From an uncultured Acidobacteriota bacterium (lineage in GTDB: Bacteria > Acidobacteriota > Blastocatellia > RBC074): a stretch of DNA of 64,000 nucleotides. Positions 11,071-21,512 of the stretch are shown here, in pieces. The position numbers and the translations under genes are program-made. Where the stretch lies: contig CAWCKY010000006.1 in the NCBI GenBank assembly GCA_963796275.1, positions 1,146,981 through 1,210,980 of the forward strand, in the 5' to 3' direction. Within the stretch, counting starts at the first letter, position 1; every line of letters starts with the position of its first letter. The notes beneath the pieces were generated by a model that made no database searches, was not told the origin of the DNA, and worked only from the letters and a program-made list of their open reading frames with translations.

Positions 11071-12429
11071 ATGGCAAGCAAGATCAATCGGCGTGATTTT
11101 ATTAAGCAGAGCGCCGCCACCGGCGCAGGGGCGGGGTTGACGCTGGGAGTGAATGATCACGCGCATGCATCGATCGTTGATTATGACCGCGGCGACACCC
11201 CGAACGGGCGCATCAACATCGGGTTTATCGGAGTCGGCGCTCGCGCGCAGCAGGTTCTGAGCGATGTGCTGGCGACGCCGGGTTTTGAGGTGGTTGCGAT
11301 TTGCGATGCTTACCAGGGGCGTATTCAGCGCGCCACCGAGCGCACCAGCGGACGCGCGAAGATCTATAAAGACCATCGTGAGCTGCTCGCCGCGCCGGGC
11401 ATCGATGCCGTCTATATCGGCACACCTGACCACCTGCACAAAGCGCATGCCATTGCCGCGCTCGAGGCCGGCAAAGACGTCTATATTGAAAAGCCGTTGA
11501 CCTTTAAGATCGACGATGGCCTGGAGATCATTGCTGCCGTGAAGAAGACCGGGCGCATCCTTCAGGTTGGCAGCCAGAACATCAGCTCGCCCGTTCAGAT
11601 CAAGGCGAGGGAGATAATCAGTTCGGGCCAGCTCGGGCAAATTACAATGATCCGTTCTACGACCAACCGCAATACTCCGGGAGGCGCGTGGATATATCCG
11701 ATCCCTCCGGATGCCAACGAGCAGACGGTAAATTGGCAGATGTTTTCGGGCAATGCGCCGAAACAAGCGTTCAGTCTCGAGCGCTTCTTCCGCTGGAGGT
11801 GTTACAAGGACTATTCCGGGGGGATTGCGACCGACCTTTTCGTTCATACGATGACGACCATCCATTACGTCATGGGCGCACAGGCGCCGGACTGTGTCAT
11901 AGCCACGGGCGATCTCTATCGCTGGAAAGATAGCCGCGACGTTCCTGATACGCTCAATGCGCTGATGCAATACCCAGAAGGGTTTACGGTGAACCTGAGC
12001 GCGACTTTCAACAACCAGTCGAGCGAACGGAGCATAGAGATACTGGGAACGAAAGGCACTCTCCTGATCGGGCGCGGTCTGACCTTAATACCTGAGGAGC
12101 CGATCGATGACAATGGATGGATAGTCGCGTCCTGGTCGCGCGCGCTCGAAGAGGCATACTACAAATCGCCGAAGGTTCGCAACACCGAGGTGTCACAGAG
12201 ATGGGATCCGAAGGTTGTTCAAACGGAGGAGACATGGCGGGCTCAGGGGCGCAACTCGACAGCCCTGCACCTCGAGCAATTTCAGAAAGCGATCAAAGAG
12301 CGCAAACAGCCGGCAGAAGACGTCTTCGCCGGACATCGCGCCGCCGCCGTCGCGCATATGATCAATGCGTCAGCTTACCAGAAGCGGCCGGTTTTTTGGG
12401 ATCGTTCACGCGATAACGTAAAGAGTTGA
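11071..12429 (+). CDS. Gfo/Idh/MocA-family NAD(P)-dependent oxidoreductase, Tat-exported
   Basis: Twin-arginine signal (MASKINRRDFIKQSAATGAGAGL). Rossmann GxGxxG-type N-terminus (INIGFIGVGARAQ) and the Gfo/Idh/MocA C-terminal domain. An AGGAG ribosome-binding site sits 8 nt before the ATG at 11071. Confidence 0.8.
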   Translation: MASKINRRDFIKQSAATGAGAGLTLGVNDHAHASIVDYDRGDTPNGRINIGFIGVGARAQQVLSDVLATPGFEVVAICDAYQGRIQRATERTSGRAKIYKDHRELLAAPGIDAVYIGTPDHLHKAHAIAALEAGKDVYIEKPLTFKIDDGLEIIAAVKKTGRILQVGSQNISSPVQIKAREIISSGQLGQITMIRSTTNRNTPGGAWIYPIPPDANEQTVNWQMFSGNAPKQAFSLERFFRWRCYKDYSGGIATDLFVHTMTTIHYVMGAQAPDCVIATGDLYRWKDSRDVPDTLNALMQYPEGFTVNLSATFNNQSSERSIEILGTKGTLLIGRGLTLIPEEPIDDNGWIVASWSRALEEAYYKSPKVRNTEVSQRWDPKVVQTEETWRAQGRNSTALHLEQFQKAIKERKQPAEDVFAGHRAAAVAHMINASAYQKRPVFWDRSRDNVKS

Positions 12430-12510
12430 GTCAACAAAGAGCGCGAGCGTTAGCGGCGAGGCCGAATAATTTAGTCGCGCGCGCTAACGCTACCTATCTA
12501 GCGGTACCTG

Positions 12511-14096
12511 TTGGGAGGGTCACTAATGGGTAGATTGATATCTGCCATCGCCATTCTCTTCTCGATCGTCTCTTATCAACCTGTAAATGAGAACAATCTT
12601 GATGGATTGAAGCAGGAGGCCGCCGGTGAGGTGGACAAGATGCAATCCTTCACGCAACAGATGGTTGACCAGATATTCAGTTATAGCGAGCTCGGTTTTC
12701 ACGAGTATGAGACGACCAAATACCTCACGGGCATCCTCGAGAAGAATGGCTTCAAAGTCGATCGCGGTGTAGCCGAAATGCCCACGGCCTGGGTGGCGAC
12801 TTGGGGAAGCGGCAAGCCCGTTATCGCTTTCATTACTGACATCGATTGCATCCCCCGAGCTTCACAGAAACCCGGCGTGGCATATCACGATCCCATAGTC
12901 GAAGGGGCGCCAGGTCACGGAGAAGGGCATAACTCAGGGATGTCCGTCAACGTGACTGCGGCGATAGTGCTGAAACGATTGATGGAGAAAAATAGGATAT
13001 CGGGCACGTTGAAGTTATTTCCCGGGGTTGCCGAGGAGCTGGTGGGGGCGAAAGCATTCTTCATCCGCGCGGGATTGTTCAAGGATGTCGATATCACTCT
13101 CGGTTCGCACGTCGACAGCGACTTCACGACTTCGTACGGACAGGGCGAAAGAAACAGCGGGCTTGTTTCGGTTCAGTATCAGTTTAGCGGTAAGGCCGCG
13201 CATTCGGCGGGCGCACCGTGGTCGGGCAGGAGCGCTCTCGATGCCGTCGAGTTGATGAACACAGCCTGGAATTTCAGACGCGAGCATCTGCGTCTACAAC
13301 AAAGATCGCATTACGTGATAACCAACGGCGGCGATCAGCCGAATGTCGTGCCTTCGGAGGCTGCCGTCTGGTATTACTTCCGGGAAATTGACTATCCGAA
13401 GATCAAAGAGCTGTACGAACTGGGGAGTAAATTCGCACAGGCTGCCACGATGATGACTGAAACGACGGTGACGCAGAGAATCGTCGGATCTGCCTGGCCC
13501 TCGCATTTCAACAAGGTGGTCGCCGAGATACAGCATAAAAATATCGAAAAAGTGGGTATGCCGGAATGGAGCGAGGCGGATCAAACTCTCGCCAAGGCCC
13601 TGCAGAAGGAGATCGGGGCAAAGGTCGATGGTTTGAAGTCGAAGATCAAAGCGCTCGAACCTCCCAAGGATCCTCTCGGTGGCGGCTCGGATGACATCGG
13701 CGATATCTCGTGGAATTGCCCGACCGTCTACCTTCGTTTTCCCGCTAATATTCCGAATCTGCCGGGCATGCCTGGCCGAACGCCGTTGCGATGGCCACGC
13801 CGATATCACACAAAGGCGCGACCGCCGGAGCAAAGGTCCAGGCGATGACCGCGCTCGATTTTTTGCTCACACCGGAGTCGGTTAAACAGGCGTGGGAATA
13901 TTTCCATAACGTGCAGACGAAGGATATCAAGTACCAGCCGTTGATCAATCCGGCGGATAAGCCTGCCATTGATCTGAATAAGGAGAAGATGGAGAAGTTC
14001 GCACCTCAAATGAAGAAGTTTTACTACGATTCGACCAAATACAAGACATATCTCGATCAACTCGGGATTCAGTATCCGACATTACGAAAGGAATAA
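12511..14096 (+). pseudogene. M20-family amidohydrolase/peptidase (AbgB-like), interrupted by a single-nucleotide frameshift near 13765
   Basis: The ORF 12511-13848 has M20 motifs and a secretion signal. Its tail becomes Arg-rich nonsense, while the overlapping ORF 13791-14096 in frame +2 continues the family's conserved C-terminus (…NAVAMATPISHKGATAGAKVQAM…). The switch is at ctgccgggcatgcc (LPG|HAW), consistent with a 1-nt indel in a G/C run. Confidence 0.7.
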
Positions 14097-14374
14097 GAAC
14101 AAAAGAGAGTACGACTCCATCTCATCGATGACCCCAATATCGTAAATCCGAATTTTTGTATTCATTTTCAAATATTCGTTTCTTATTTTGTTGTCGCCGT
14201 CGAATTCATTGGTCCCGCACCCTTCAATTTCAAGTATTTACTGAAGATTTCTGTTTTATTCCCATTATCCGGCAGATTATTTTGAATGGAACGCATGTTG
14301 CTATATTTATAGACCTAAATATCCCATCGGAAAAAACAGTATTCAAAATTCCCATAGAATCTTGAGGAGGACGT

Positions 14375-17300
14375 ATGAAGAAGGCACTCGGACGAGGCAT
14401 ATTAATTCTCGTAGCACTGATAAGTGTGTCCTGGCAGGCGCTCGCACAGACTACGGGAACGATTTCCGGAAGCGTGGCGGACGAGCGTCAGGCGTTGCTG
14501 CCGAACGCGACAGTCGTGGCGCGTAACGTTGAAACGAACACGAGCCGCAGGGCGACGACTGATGGAGAAGGGCGTTATCGCTTTTCGAACCTCCCGGTCG
14601 GGAATTACGAAATCACTGTTGAGGCGCCCGGCTTCGCTAAATATGTGCGTACCGGTATCACTCTGGCACTCAACCAGAACGCCGTCGTCGATATACCGAT
14701 GAACCCTTCCGCGGTATCAGAGATCGTTACGGTGACGGAGAACGCTTCACTGCTCAATACCAGTAATTCCGAGGTTGGGGTGCGTTTCGATTCACGCCGC
14801 ATCTCGGAATTGCCGCTGGCTACCAATCGAAATATATTCAACGTCGCGCTCTCTGCGGCCGGGGTGAGCCAATTGGCAAGCGGACAGCAAGATTTTGCCA
14901 ACGGGTTGAGTTTTTCGTCGAATGGCGGGCGTGTACGATCGAACAACTTCATGGTCGATGGACAGGATATCAACGATCCGAGTGTTGCTGGGAGCCAACA
15001 GCCGTTGAACAATCCTGACATCGTGCAGGAGGTACGATTGATTACCAACCAGTTTGCCGCTGAATATGGCCGCAATTCGGGTTCGATAGTCAACATTGTG
15101 ACCAAGAGTGGAACGAATGAATACCACGGCAGTCTTTTCTGGTTTCACAACAACAATCGTTTGAATACCTGTAGCAATCTGGATAAGGCCGGGAGCATGG
15201 ATAGTGGTTATTGTGATCCAAATGGGATCGGGGCGCGTCAAGGTTCCCCCTATCGTATTGAAAATCAATTTGGTGGGACCTTAGGCGGCCCGATCAAGCT
15301 GCCTGGCTTATACGATGGGAAAGACAAGACCTGGTTTTTCGGATCGCTTCAACGTTGGTCTGATCGGCAGGCCCTCCCGGGCGCCACTCTGAATGGAGCG
15401 CCGACTGAGGCAGGGCGTCAGATTTTACAGGCGGCGGCAGGCGATCGCCCGCAGGTTGCCGCGTTATTGAGGTTCCTTCCTCCTGCGCAAAGCCCAAACG
15501 GCAATTCCAGGCCCTTTACGATTGGTGGCCAAACCTACTCTGTTCCGCTAGGTGACCTTACTGGCTCGACAGCATTCAAGTTCGATGATTGGCAATGGTC
15601 AGGACGCGTTGACCACCAGTTCAATTCAAATCATCGTCTCGGCGGCCGTTATCTATATGATGATGCTTTGACTTTGGGTGAGGGACAGGTCACCCCTCCA
15701 GGCTTGACGACGATAGTGCCGGCACGTTCACAAGCGGCCAGTGTTTCATTGTCGAGCATTATCGGCAGCCGTCTGGTCAATGACGTGCGGTTATCATGGT
15801 CTCGTTTCGGTTCGCGATCGACAGCGAGCGATCTTTCATCGCAAGCAATTCCATCGATCGAGATTACCGATCTCGGTCTGACGGGATTCAATGCTGCGGA
15901 CAGTAGAACAGCAATCGGATTGGCAGTTAACCTTCCGCAATTCCGTTTCAACAACACCTATCAAATTCAGGACACTTTGGCCTGGACAAGGGACTCGCAC
16001 AACCTGAAGTTTGGTGTGAGTCTGCAGCGAACACAGGTGAGGAGCTTCTTCTTCCCTACGATTCGAGGCCTGTTGCGGTATGACAAGCTTCAGAATTACA
16101 TTGATGATGTGGCAAACGCGGCGAATATCAACAAATCATTGCCGGGCGGTTCAGAGGTCCAATACTACAACTATTACGATCACTCATTCTTCGCGCAGGA
16201 TGAATGGAAGGTTACACCGAACTTCACGCTCAACTTCGGATTGCGTTATGAGCTGCCGAATAACTCGGTGGCGAATCTGGTTCCATTCAATGACCAGATC
16301 GTTGCGGCGGCCGGTGGTGACGAACGATATCGCTTTACGCCCGTGCCGCAAAAGGACACGAACAACTTCCAGCCGCGGTTCGGCTTCAATTGGCGTGTTC
16401 TAGGGTTAGGATTCCTGAGCGGAAAAGAAGGGTTGGTGTTACGCGGCGGTTATGCGCGCACGAATGATTCTTCGTTCATCAACATCAATCTGAATGTTGC
16501 CAGCGCATTCCCGTACGTTGCGGCGATCAGTTTGCAGGCCAATGACCTTCAGGCTGATGGAACACGGAAGATCAATAACGCCTTCACGCGGTTGCCGGGG
16601 GCACAGTCTTTCCAAGACCCTCTGCAATTCACACGCACTATTGTAGGCGATGATTTTCGCTCGCCAAACTACGATCAATTCAGCCTGGAGTTGCAACGAG
16701 AATTTGGGCGCGACGTTGTCATGCGTGTCGGTTATGTAGGTACCAGAGGCACCGGACTCTTCCAGACTCTGGATGGAAATCCTCGCATCCCCAGTGTCTG
16801 TAACCCGACGACGACCTTTAATTGCAGAGTCGATCCGGCTCGCGGGGTGATCCGCTTACGCGCCAATGCGGCTTCTTCGATCTATCACTCGTTGCAAGTA
16901 AGTATGGACAAGCGCCTGAGCAGAGGTTTCAGCGCCGGCGTTCATTACACATGGAGCGCGTTCATCGATACCGCATCCGAGGTCTTCAACCCATCGAGCG
17001 GTGAAGTTGCCGTTGCGCAGGATTCATTCAACCTTAGTGCGGACCGTGCTCGTTCGGCATATGACCGTCCACACCGATTTACCGGAAATGTAGTTTATGA
17101 ATTGCCTTTCTTTCGTGACCAGAAAGGTACGACAGGCCACTTTTTGGGTGGTTGGCAGTTGAATTCATTCTTCACTATTCAAAGCGGTGCACCGTATACA
17201 GTACTCAATGGAGCCGACCCTGGAAACGCTCTGAGCGGCATAGATAGTCTGGTAGGTATGGCGATCCGTCCTAACCTCAATTCATCACTCGATATCTCGT

Positions 17301-17617
17301 CAATGACTATTTTGGAATTGATGCAGGCGGGCGGCAAGAACTTATTCCAAGAGTTGCAAACCGGTCAGAGACTTGGTAATGCTGGCCGCAATATTTTGCG
17401 GGCCGATGGGATTTTTGATCTGGGCTTCGGTTTCCTCAAGAACACTCGTCTCGCCGAGGGCCAACAGCTACAGTTCCGCGCCGATATGTTCAATGCGACG
17501 AACACTCGCAACTTCGGCATTCCTGAAGGCCGAGTCGGCGCGCCAGGGTTCCTCAATCAATGGTCGACTGACGGCGGAAAGCGGCGCATCATTCTCGGCT
17601 TGAGATACACGTTCTAA
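14375..17617 (+). CDS. TonB-dependent receptor with N-terminal carboxypeptidase-regulatory-like (CarboxypepD_reg) domain
   Basis: 1080 aa. Signal peptide, then a CarboxypepD_reg-like N-terminus (TGTISGSVADE…GRYRFSNLPVGNYEITVEAPGF), a plug/barrel region and a C-terminal …LGLRYTF aromatic terminus. The upstream region is AT-rich. Confidence 0.8.
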   Translation: MKKALGRGILILVALISVSWQALAQTTGTISGSVADERQALLPNATVVARNVETNTSRRATTDGEGRYRFSNLPVGNYEITVEAPGFAKYVRTGITLALNQNAVVDIPMNPSAVSEIVTVTENASLLNTSNSEVGVRFDSRRISELPLATNRNIFNVALSAAGVSQLASGQQDFANGLSFSSNGGRVRSNNFMVDGQDINDPSVAGSQQPLNNPDIVQEVRLITNQFAAEYGRNSGSIVNIVTKSGTNEYHGSLFWFHNNNRLNTCSNLDKAGSMDSGYCDPNGIGARQGSPYRIENQFGGTLGGPIKLPGLYDGKDKTWFFGSLQRWSDRQALPGATLNGAPTEAGRQILQAAAGDRPQVAALLRFLPPAQSPNGNSRPFTIGGQTYSVPLGDLTGSTAFKFDDWQWSGRVDHQFNSNHRLGGRYLYDDALTLGEGQVTPPGLTTIVPARSQAASVSLSSIIGSRLVNDVRLSWSRFGSRSTASDLSSQAIPSIEITDLGLTGFNAADSRTAIGLAVNLPQFRFNNTYQIQDTLAWTRDSHNLKFGVSLQRTQVRSFFFPTIRGLLRYDKLQNYIDDVANAANINKSLPGGSEVQYYNYYDHSFFAQDEWKVTPNFTLNFGLRYELPNNSVANLVPFNDQIVAAAGGDERYRFTPVPQKDTNNFQPRFGFNWRVLGLGFLSGKEGLVLRGGYARTNDSSFININLNVASAFPYVAAISLQANDLQADGTRKINNAFTRLPGAQSFQDPLQFTRTIVGDDFRSPNYDQFSLELQREFGRDVVMRVGYVGTRGTGLFQTLDGNPRIPSVCNPTTTFNCRVDPARGVIRLRANAASSIYHSLQVSMDKRLSRGFSAGVHYTWSAFIDTASEVFNPSSGEVAVAQDSFNLSADRARSAYDRPHRFTGNVVYELPFFRDQKGTTGHFLGGWQLNSFFTIQSGAPYTVLNGADPGNALSGIDSLVGMAIRPNLNSSLDISSMTILELMQAGGKNLFQELQTGQRLGNAGRNILRADGIFDLGFGFLKNTRLAEGQQLQFRADMFNATNTRNFGIPEGRVGAPGFLNQWSTDGGKRRIILGLRYTF

Positions 17618-17651
17618 AGTCGGGGAATTCACCGCAATCGTCGCAAAAAAC

Positions 17652-17694
17652 AAAAGGCACAAAAGATTCGCTTTCTTTTGTGCCTTTGCCTTTT
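17652..17694. terminator. Bidirectional intrinsic terminator between convergent genes (A-run, 10-bp stem ggcacaaaag/cttttgtgcc, T-run)
   Basis: The sequence aaaaggcacaaaag-attcgcttt-cttttgtgcctttgcctttt has a perfect 10-bp stem flanked by an A-tract on one side and a T-tract on the other. It lies between the TonB-dependent receptor (+) and tal (-). Confidence 0.6.
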
Positions 17695-17714
17695 ACAGTT
17701 TCTAACGGTTCACT

Positions 17715-18854
17715 TTAACGGCTCGTGCCGCTCTTCAGCGCCGCCTGCTTCGATTTAATGCTGGCCAACAGGCTCTCATACGAATCGGCAAAAGCCTTGA
17801 CGCCATCATCCTGCAACTGCTGGCAGACCTGTTGAAGATCGATTCCAGCCTCGGCGACCCTCGCGAGCGTCTCTTTCGCCTCGGCCAGATTCCTTTCCAG
17901 ACTGAGGCTGACCTTGCCGTGATCACGGAAAGGTTCGAATGTCTGGGGCGGAAGCGTGTTGACCGTGTCCGGCCCGATGAGCGCTTCTACGTACATCACA
18001 TCCGGATAATTGGGATTCTTGGTGCTAGTGCTCGCCCACAGAGGGCGTTGTACACGCGCACCCTGCTTCTTGAGCTTGGTGAATCGCTCGTTCGCGAATA
18101 TCTCCTTGAATTTCTGGTATTGGAGTTTCGAACACGCGATCGCGACATTGCCGAGCAGCGCGGATAACCGGGATTTCTCGGCGTCATCTTTCGTGCTGTC
18201 GATCCGTGCTTCCAGTTGTTTATCGATAGCCGTATCGATGCGGCTGACGAAGACGCTGGCGACCGATGCGACGTGATCGAGCGGTAACCCGGCGGCCGCT
18301 CTCTCTTCGAGCCCCGAGATGTAGGCGTTGGCCACCTGTTCGTAGTTGGCGAGCGCGAAGATCATCGTCACGTTGATGTTGATACCCGCGGCTATCGACC
18401 GCTGGATAGCCGGGATTCCCGCCGGAGTAGCCGGAATCTTGATCATCGCATTCGGCCGATTGAGCGCAGCCCATAACCGCCGAGCCTCGGCGACAGTCGC
18501 CTCGGTGTCGTGCGCCAACAACGGCGAAACTTCCAGGCTGACATAACCGTCAAACCTGTTCGTTCGCTCATAGACCGGTTTGAAAATATCGGTCGCACGC
18601 CGAATATCATCGGTGGCGAGCGCTTCATATATTTCAATGACGCTCCTTCCATCCGTTATCAGCTTCTGCATCGCATCGTTGTAATCGGAACTTCCCGTGA
18701 TCGCCTTCTCGAAGATCGTCGGATTGGATGTCACGCCGCGAAGGCCGTCCTCAGAGATCATTCGAGCAAGATCGCCGTTCTCAAGTATCGCGCGACGAAT
18801 GTTGTCGTACCAGATACTTTGTCCCAACTTTTGTAATTCGATTAGTGGATTCAT
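17715..18854 (-). CDS. tal: Transaldolase (long, roughly 370-aa type)
   Basis: N-terminus reads LIELQKLGQSIWYDNIRR…GLRGVTSNPTIFEKAI, the transaldolase signature. Confidence 0.85.
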   Translation of the reverse strand: MNPLIELQKLGQSIWYDNIRRAILENGDLARMISEDGLRGVTSNPTIFEKAITGSSDYNDAMQKLITDGRSVIEIYEALATDDIRRATDIFKPVYERTNRFDGYVSLEVSPLLAHDTEATVAEARRLWAALNRPNAMIKIPATPAGIPAIQRSIAAGININVTMIFALANYEQVANAYISGLEERAAAGLPLDHVASVASVFVSRIDTAIDKQLEARIDSTKDDAEKSRLSALLGNVAIACSKLQYQKFKEIFANERFTKLKKQGARVQRPLWASTSTKNPNYPDVMYVEALIGPDTVNTLPPQTFEPFRDHGKVSLSLERNLAEAKETLARVAEAGIDLQQVCQQLQDDGVKAFADSYESLLASIKSKQAALKSGTSR

Positions 18855-18904
18855 AATCCTCCTTCATCATTTAAGGGCAACATTATTAATTATGGAAACA
18901 AAAA

Positions 18905-18950
18905 AGACAAAAAAGGCAAAAGCGTTTGAATTCCAGGCTTTTGCCTCTTT
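18905..18950 (-). terminator. Probable intrinsic terminator downstream of the FGGY kinase gene (stem ggcaaaagc/gcttttgcc followed by a T-tract on the - strand)
   Basis: On the - strand the sequence reads aaagaggcaaaagcctggaattcaaacgcttttgcctttttt, a hairpin followed by a T-run. Confidence 0.45.
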
Positions 18951-19043
18951 GCACCCGGTTGCCTCTTTTTGTCTTTAGTGTCGATACTTTGCATTCCAAT
19001 CGAAAGAAATTTCGGTAATGATCCCGTTCGCATTACATTAAGG

Positions 19044-20583
19044 CTAAATCACATCTGCTCCATTCGCAATCAATAAATCATAAAATTTCTCTTGCCGAAT
19101 TCGGCCGCGCAGATAGAGTTCGCGCTTTCCTGCGTTCGGTTCGAACACTTCGCCCAGCGGTGTGGAGGTGGGGTCAAATCCCGCGATCATTCCGAACGCT
19201 TTGAGAGCCAGCATCGCTGCTCCGCGGCTCGACGCTTCCTGAACCGCAGAGGCCGCAACCGGCACGCCGATGACATCTGCCATCATCTGCGTCCAAACCT
19301 GCGAATGCAGAATGGCGCCGCCCGAGGCGATGATCCTGGCATTGCCGGGCAATTCCGCAGTCAAACGTTCGTATATCGCAGCAAAACGATAACAGACCGA
19401 TTCGAGAGAAGCCTGCAATATATCGATCGGTCGCGTGCTCAGGTTCATCCCGACGATCGCGGCGCGCGCTGAATCATTCCAGCCCGTGCTGCGTTCGCCC
19501 GAGAAGAATGGGAGGACGGTCAATCCGTGGCCGTCCGGTTCCATCGCACCGATCTGCTCCTCTAACGCCTCCTCATCCGCCGCCGTCAGTTGGCCGAGAC
19601 GTAAAGTCCTCGTGCACCAGGCATAGACATCGCCGCCGTTCGAGAGAGCACCCCCAATCAATGCATAGCGATGATTTGCGCGATAGCACCACAGGCCTTT
19701 CGGGAATCTGTACTTGCTCCGCGGGCCAGCACACGCGCATCGCGCCCGATGTGCCGACGTTGATCGCTATCGAATCACGTGTGAAGCACCCCGAACCGAT
19801 GTTGCTGCAAGCTCCGTCGCCGGCAGCCGGAAGCCATTTCGCTTCGCTCAGCGCCGGCCATCGCCCGCTGAACTCCCGCCTCATTCTGCTCAGCCCTTCA
19901 TTCTCTTGAGCCAGCGGTGATAGATGGTCCGAAGAGATCTTTATCGCCGAAAGCATCTCATCGTCCCAGCGGTTCAGATTGGGATTGAACAATCCGGTCC
20001 CTGATGCCATCGAGACGCCACACAAATACCGGCCGAACACTTTGAAATATAGGTATTCTCCGATCGACACCCATCGCGCGACACCGGCGGCCAACTTCGG
20101 GTCGGTCCGGCGCAGCCAGAGTATCTTTGCCGGATAATAGCTCGCGTGCGGCACGACGCCGGTGCGCGCGTGCACCCAATCGACGCCGAATAGCTCGGCG
20201 AGATTCCTGGCGTCGGCGGCGCTCCGCGTATCGCTCCAGTTGTAGAGCGGCGTTATCGCGTTATTCTCGCGATCGACGCCGAGCATCGCGTGCCAGAAGT
20301 TGCTGTACCCGACGCCTCCGATAGCCTGGTTGACATCAGGGAGCAATGCCGTTGCCTGGGTCAGACATTCGTCGATGGTGGCGCAGATGATCTCGACCAA
20401 CCTGTCTGCATTTATCTCGACGCCGCCATCCGATGTGACCGACATCTGGTATTGCGTTCGGCCTTCGATCCCCTCGAGCGCTTCTCCGCGCGAATCGTAG
20501 AGTACTGCGCGTACCGATGAAGTCCCGACATCGAGCGCGAGGACAAGTGGACGCAAAGCGTTTACTGGAGTGGTGGTGGACAT
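19044..20583 (-). pseudogene. FGGY-family carbohydrate kinase (gluconokinase-like), interrupted by a 1-nt frameshift near 19716-19740
   Basis: The N-terminal ORF (19573-20583) has ALDVGTSSVRAVLYD…NVGTSGAMRV. The C-terminal ORF (19044-19661), extended upstream in its own frame, reads …SKYRFPKGLWCYRANHRYALIGGALSNGG, the conserved FGGY block. The two halves sit in different frames and overlap around ggcccgcgg. Confidence 0.75.
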
Positions 20584-20873
20584 TGCGAATTTTATTCAAC
20601 CGATTATTGATGTGCGCTTTTCTCCATCATATCCTTTGAAAAGCCGAAGTAAAAGAAAAACATTTGTTATTATTTTTCTAAGGTATTAGCATGCTCCCCG
20701 TCCAGAATAGGTACCAGAGCAAACAGCCGATTGAATTAGCGTTCTATTCATCGGCGATAACGCAAAAAAAAGAACCGATAGACAAGATATACAGGATTCG
20801 TAGGATGTATCGTCAGCAATCCTTTCTCCTGATAATTCCTGTCAGTCTCGTCTAATTCCATCGGGAGGTCAGA

Positions 20874-21497
20874 ATGAGCCATAAACTGAAACTCTTCCTC
20901 GCTCTATGGGTTTTTTTACTGTTAGTGAGTGCCATTGTTGCAGGGCAATCCGGACGGAGGCAAAAGTCGGGGAAACAACCTCCGGTACAGGGCGTCAATC
21001 AGCCGGAGGCGCGTGTCGAGCCGGCGCCACAGGGGCCGCCGGAAAGACCGCCGAGCAAGGAGCCCGACCGCGTGATTATGGTCGCGAGCGCTATGCCGGA
21101 TATGATGATGCCCATCTTTTATGCCGACATCGCCCGCCAGGGATGCCTCAAAGAACTCCGCGCCGCTTTGAAATCTATTGATCTCCGCGAAGGAAGCAAT
21201 CAAACGCGTTCGGATGCAATCAAGGCCGCCAAAGATACGGGAGCCTATGTCGTGCACATGGAGATCGAACCGGATCAACTTGGCGGTTCGTCAACCAATG
21301 TCGGGGTTCGTTATACAATCTTCGAGCCTAAAACAGGTAAGGTTGCAGGCTCCGGATCAGGTTATCCCTCTCAACCATCGGGCGGCCTCCCAATACCACC
21401 GCCGGTTGGATCTCGTGAACAGGTTTATCTCGAATGGATGGGGCGCGACGTCGCGCGGCAGGTGATGAAACGATTGAACCTTGTTCCCATAATTTAA
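20874..21497 (+). CDS. Hypothetical secreted Pro-rich protein
   Basis: Signal peptide MSHKLKLFLALWVFLLLVSAIVAG with no recognisable domain. Lies directly upstream of the Ser/Thr kinase. Confidence 0.4.
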   Translation: MSHKLKLFLALWVFLLLVSAIVAGQSGRRQKSGKQPPVQGVNQPEARVEPAPQGPPERPPSKEPDRVIMVASAMPDMMMPIFYADIARQGCLKELRAALKSIDLREGSNQTRSDAIKAAKDTGAYVVHMEIEPDQLGGSSTNVGVRYTIFEPKTGKVAGSGSGYPSQPSGGLPIPPPVGSREQVYLEWMGRDVARQVMKRLNLVPII

Positions 21498-21512
21498 GAG
21501 TACCGAGTCGCC

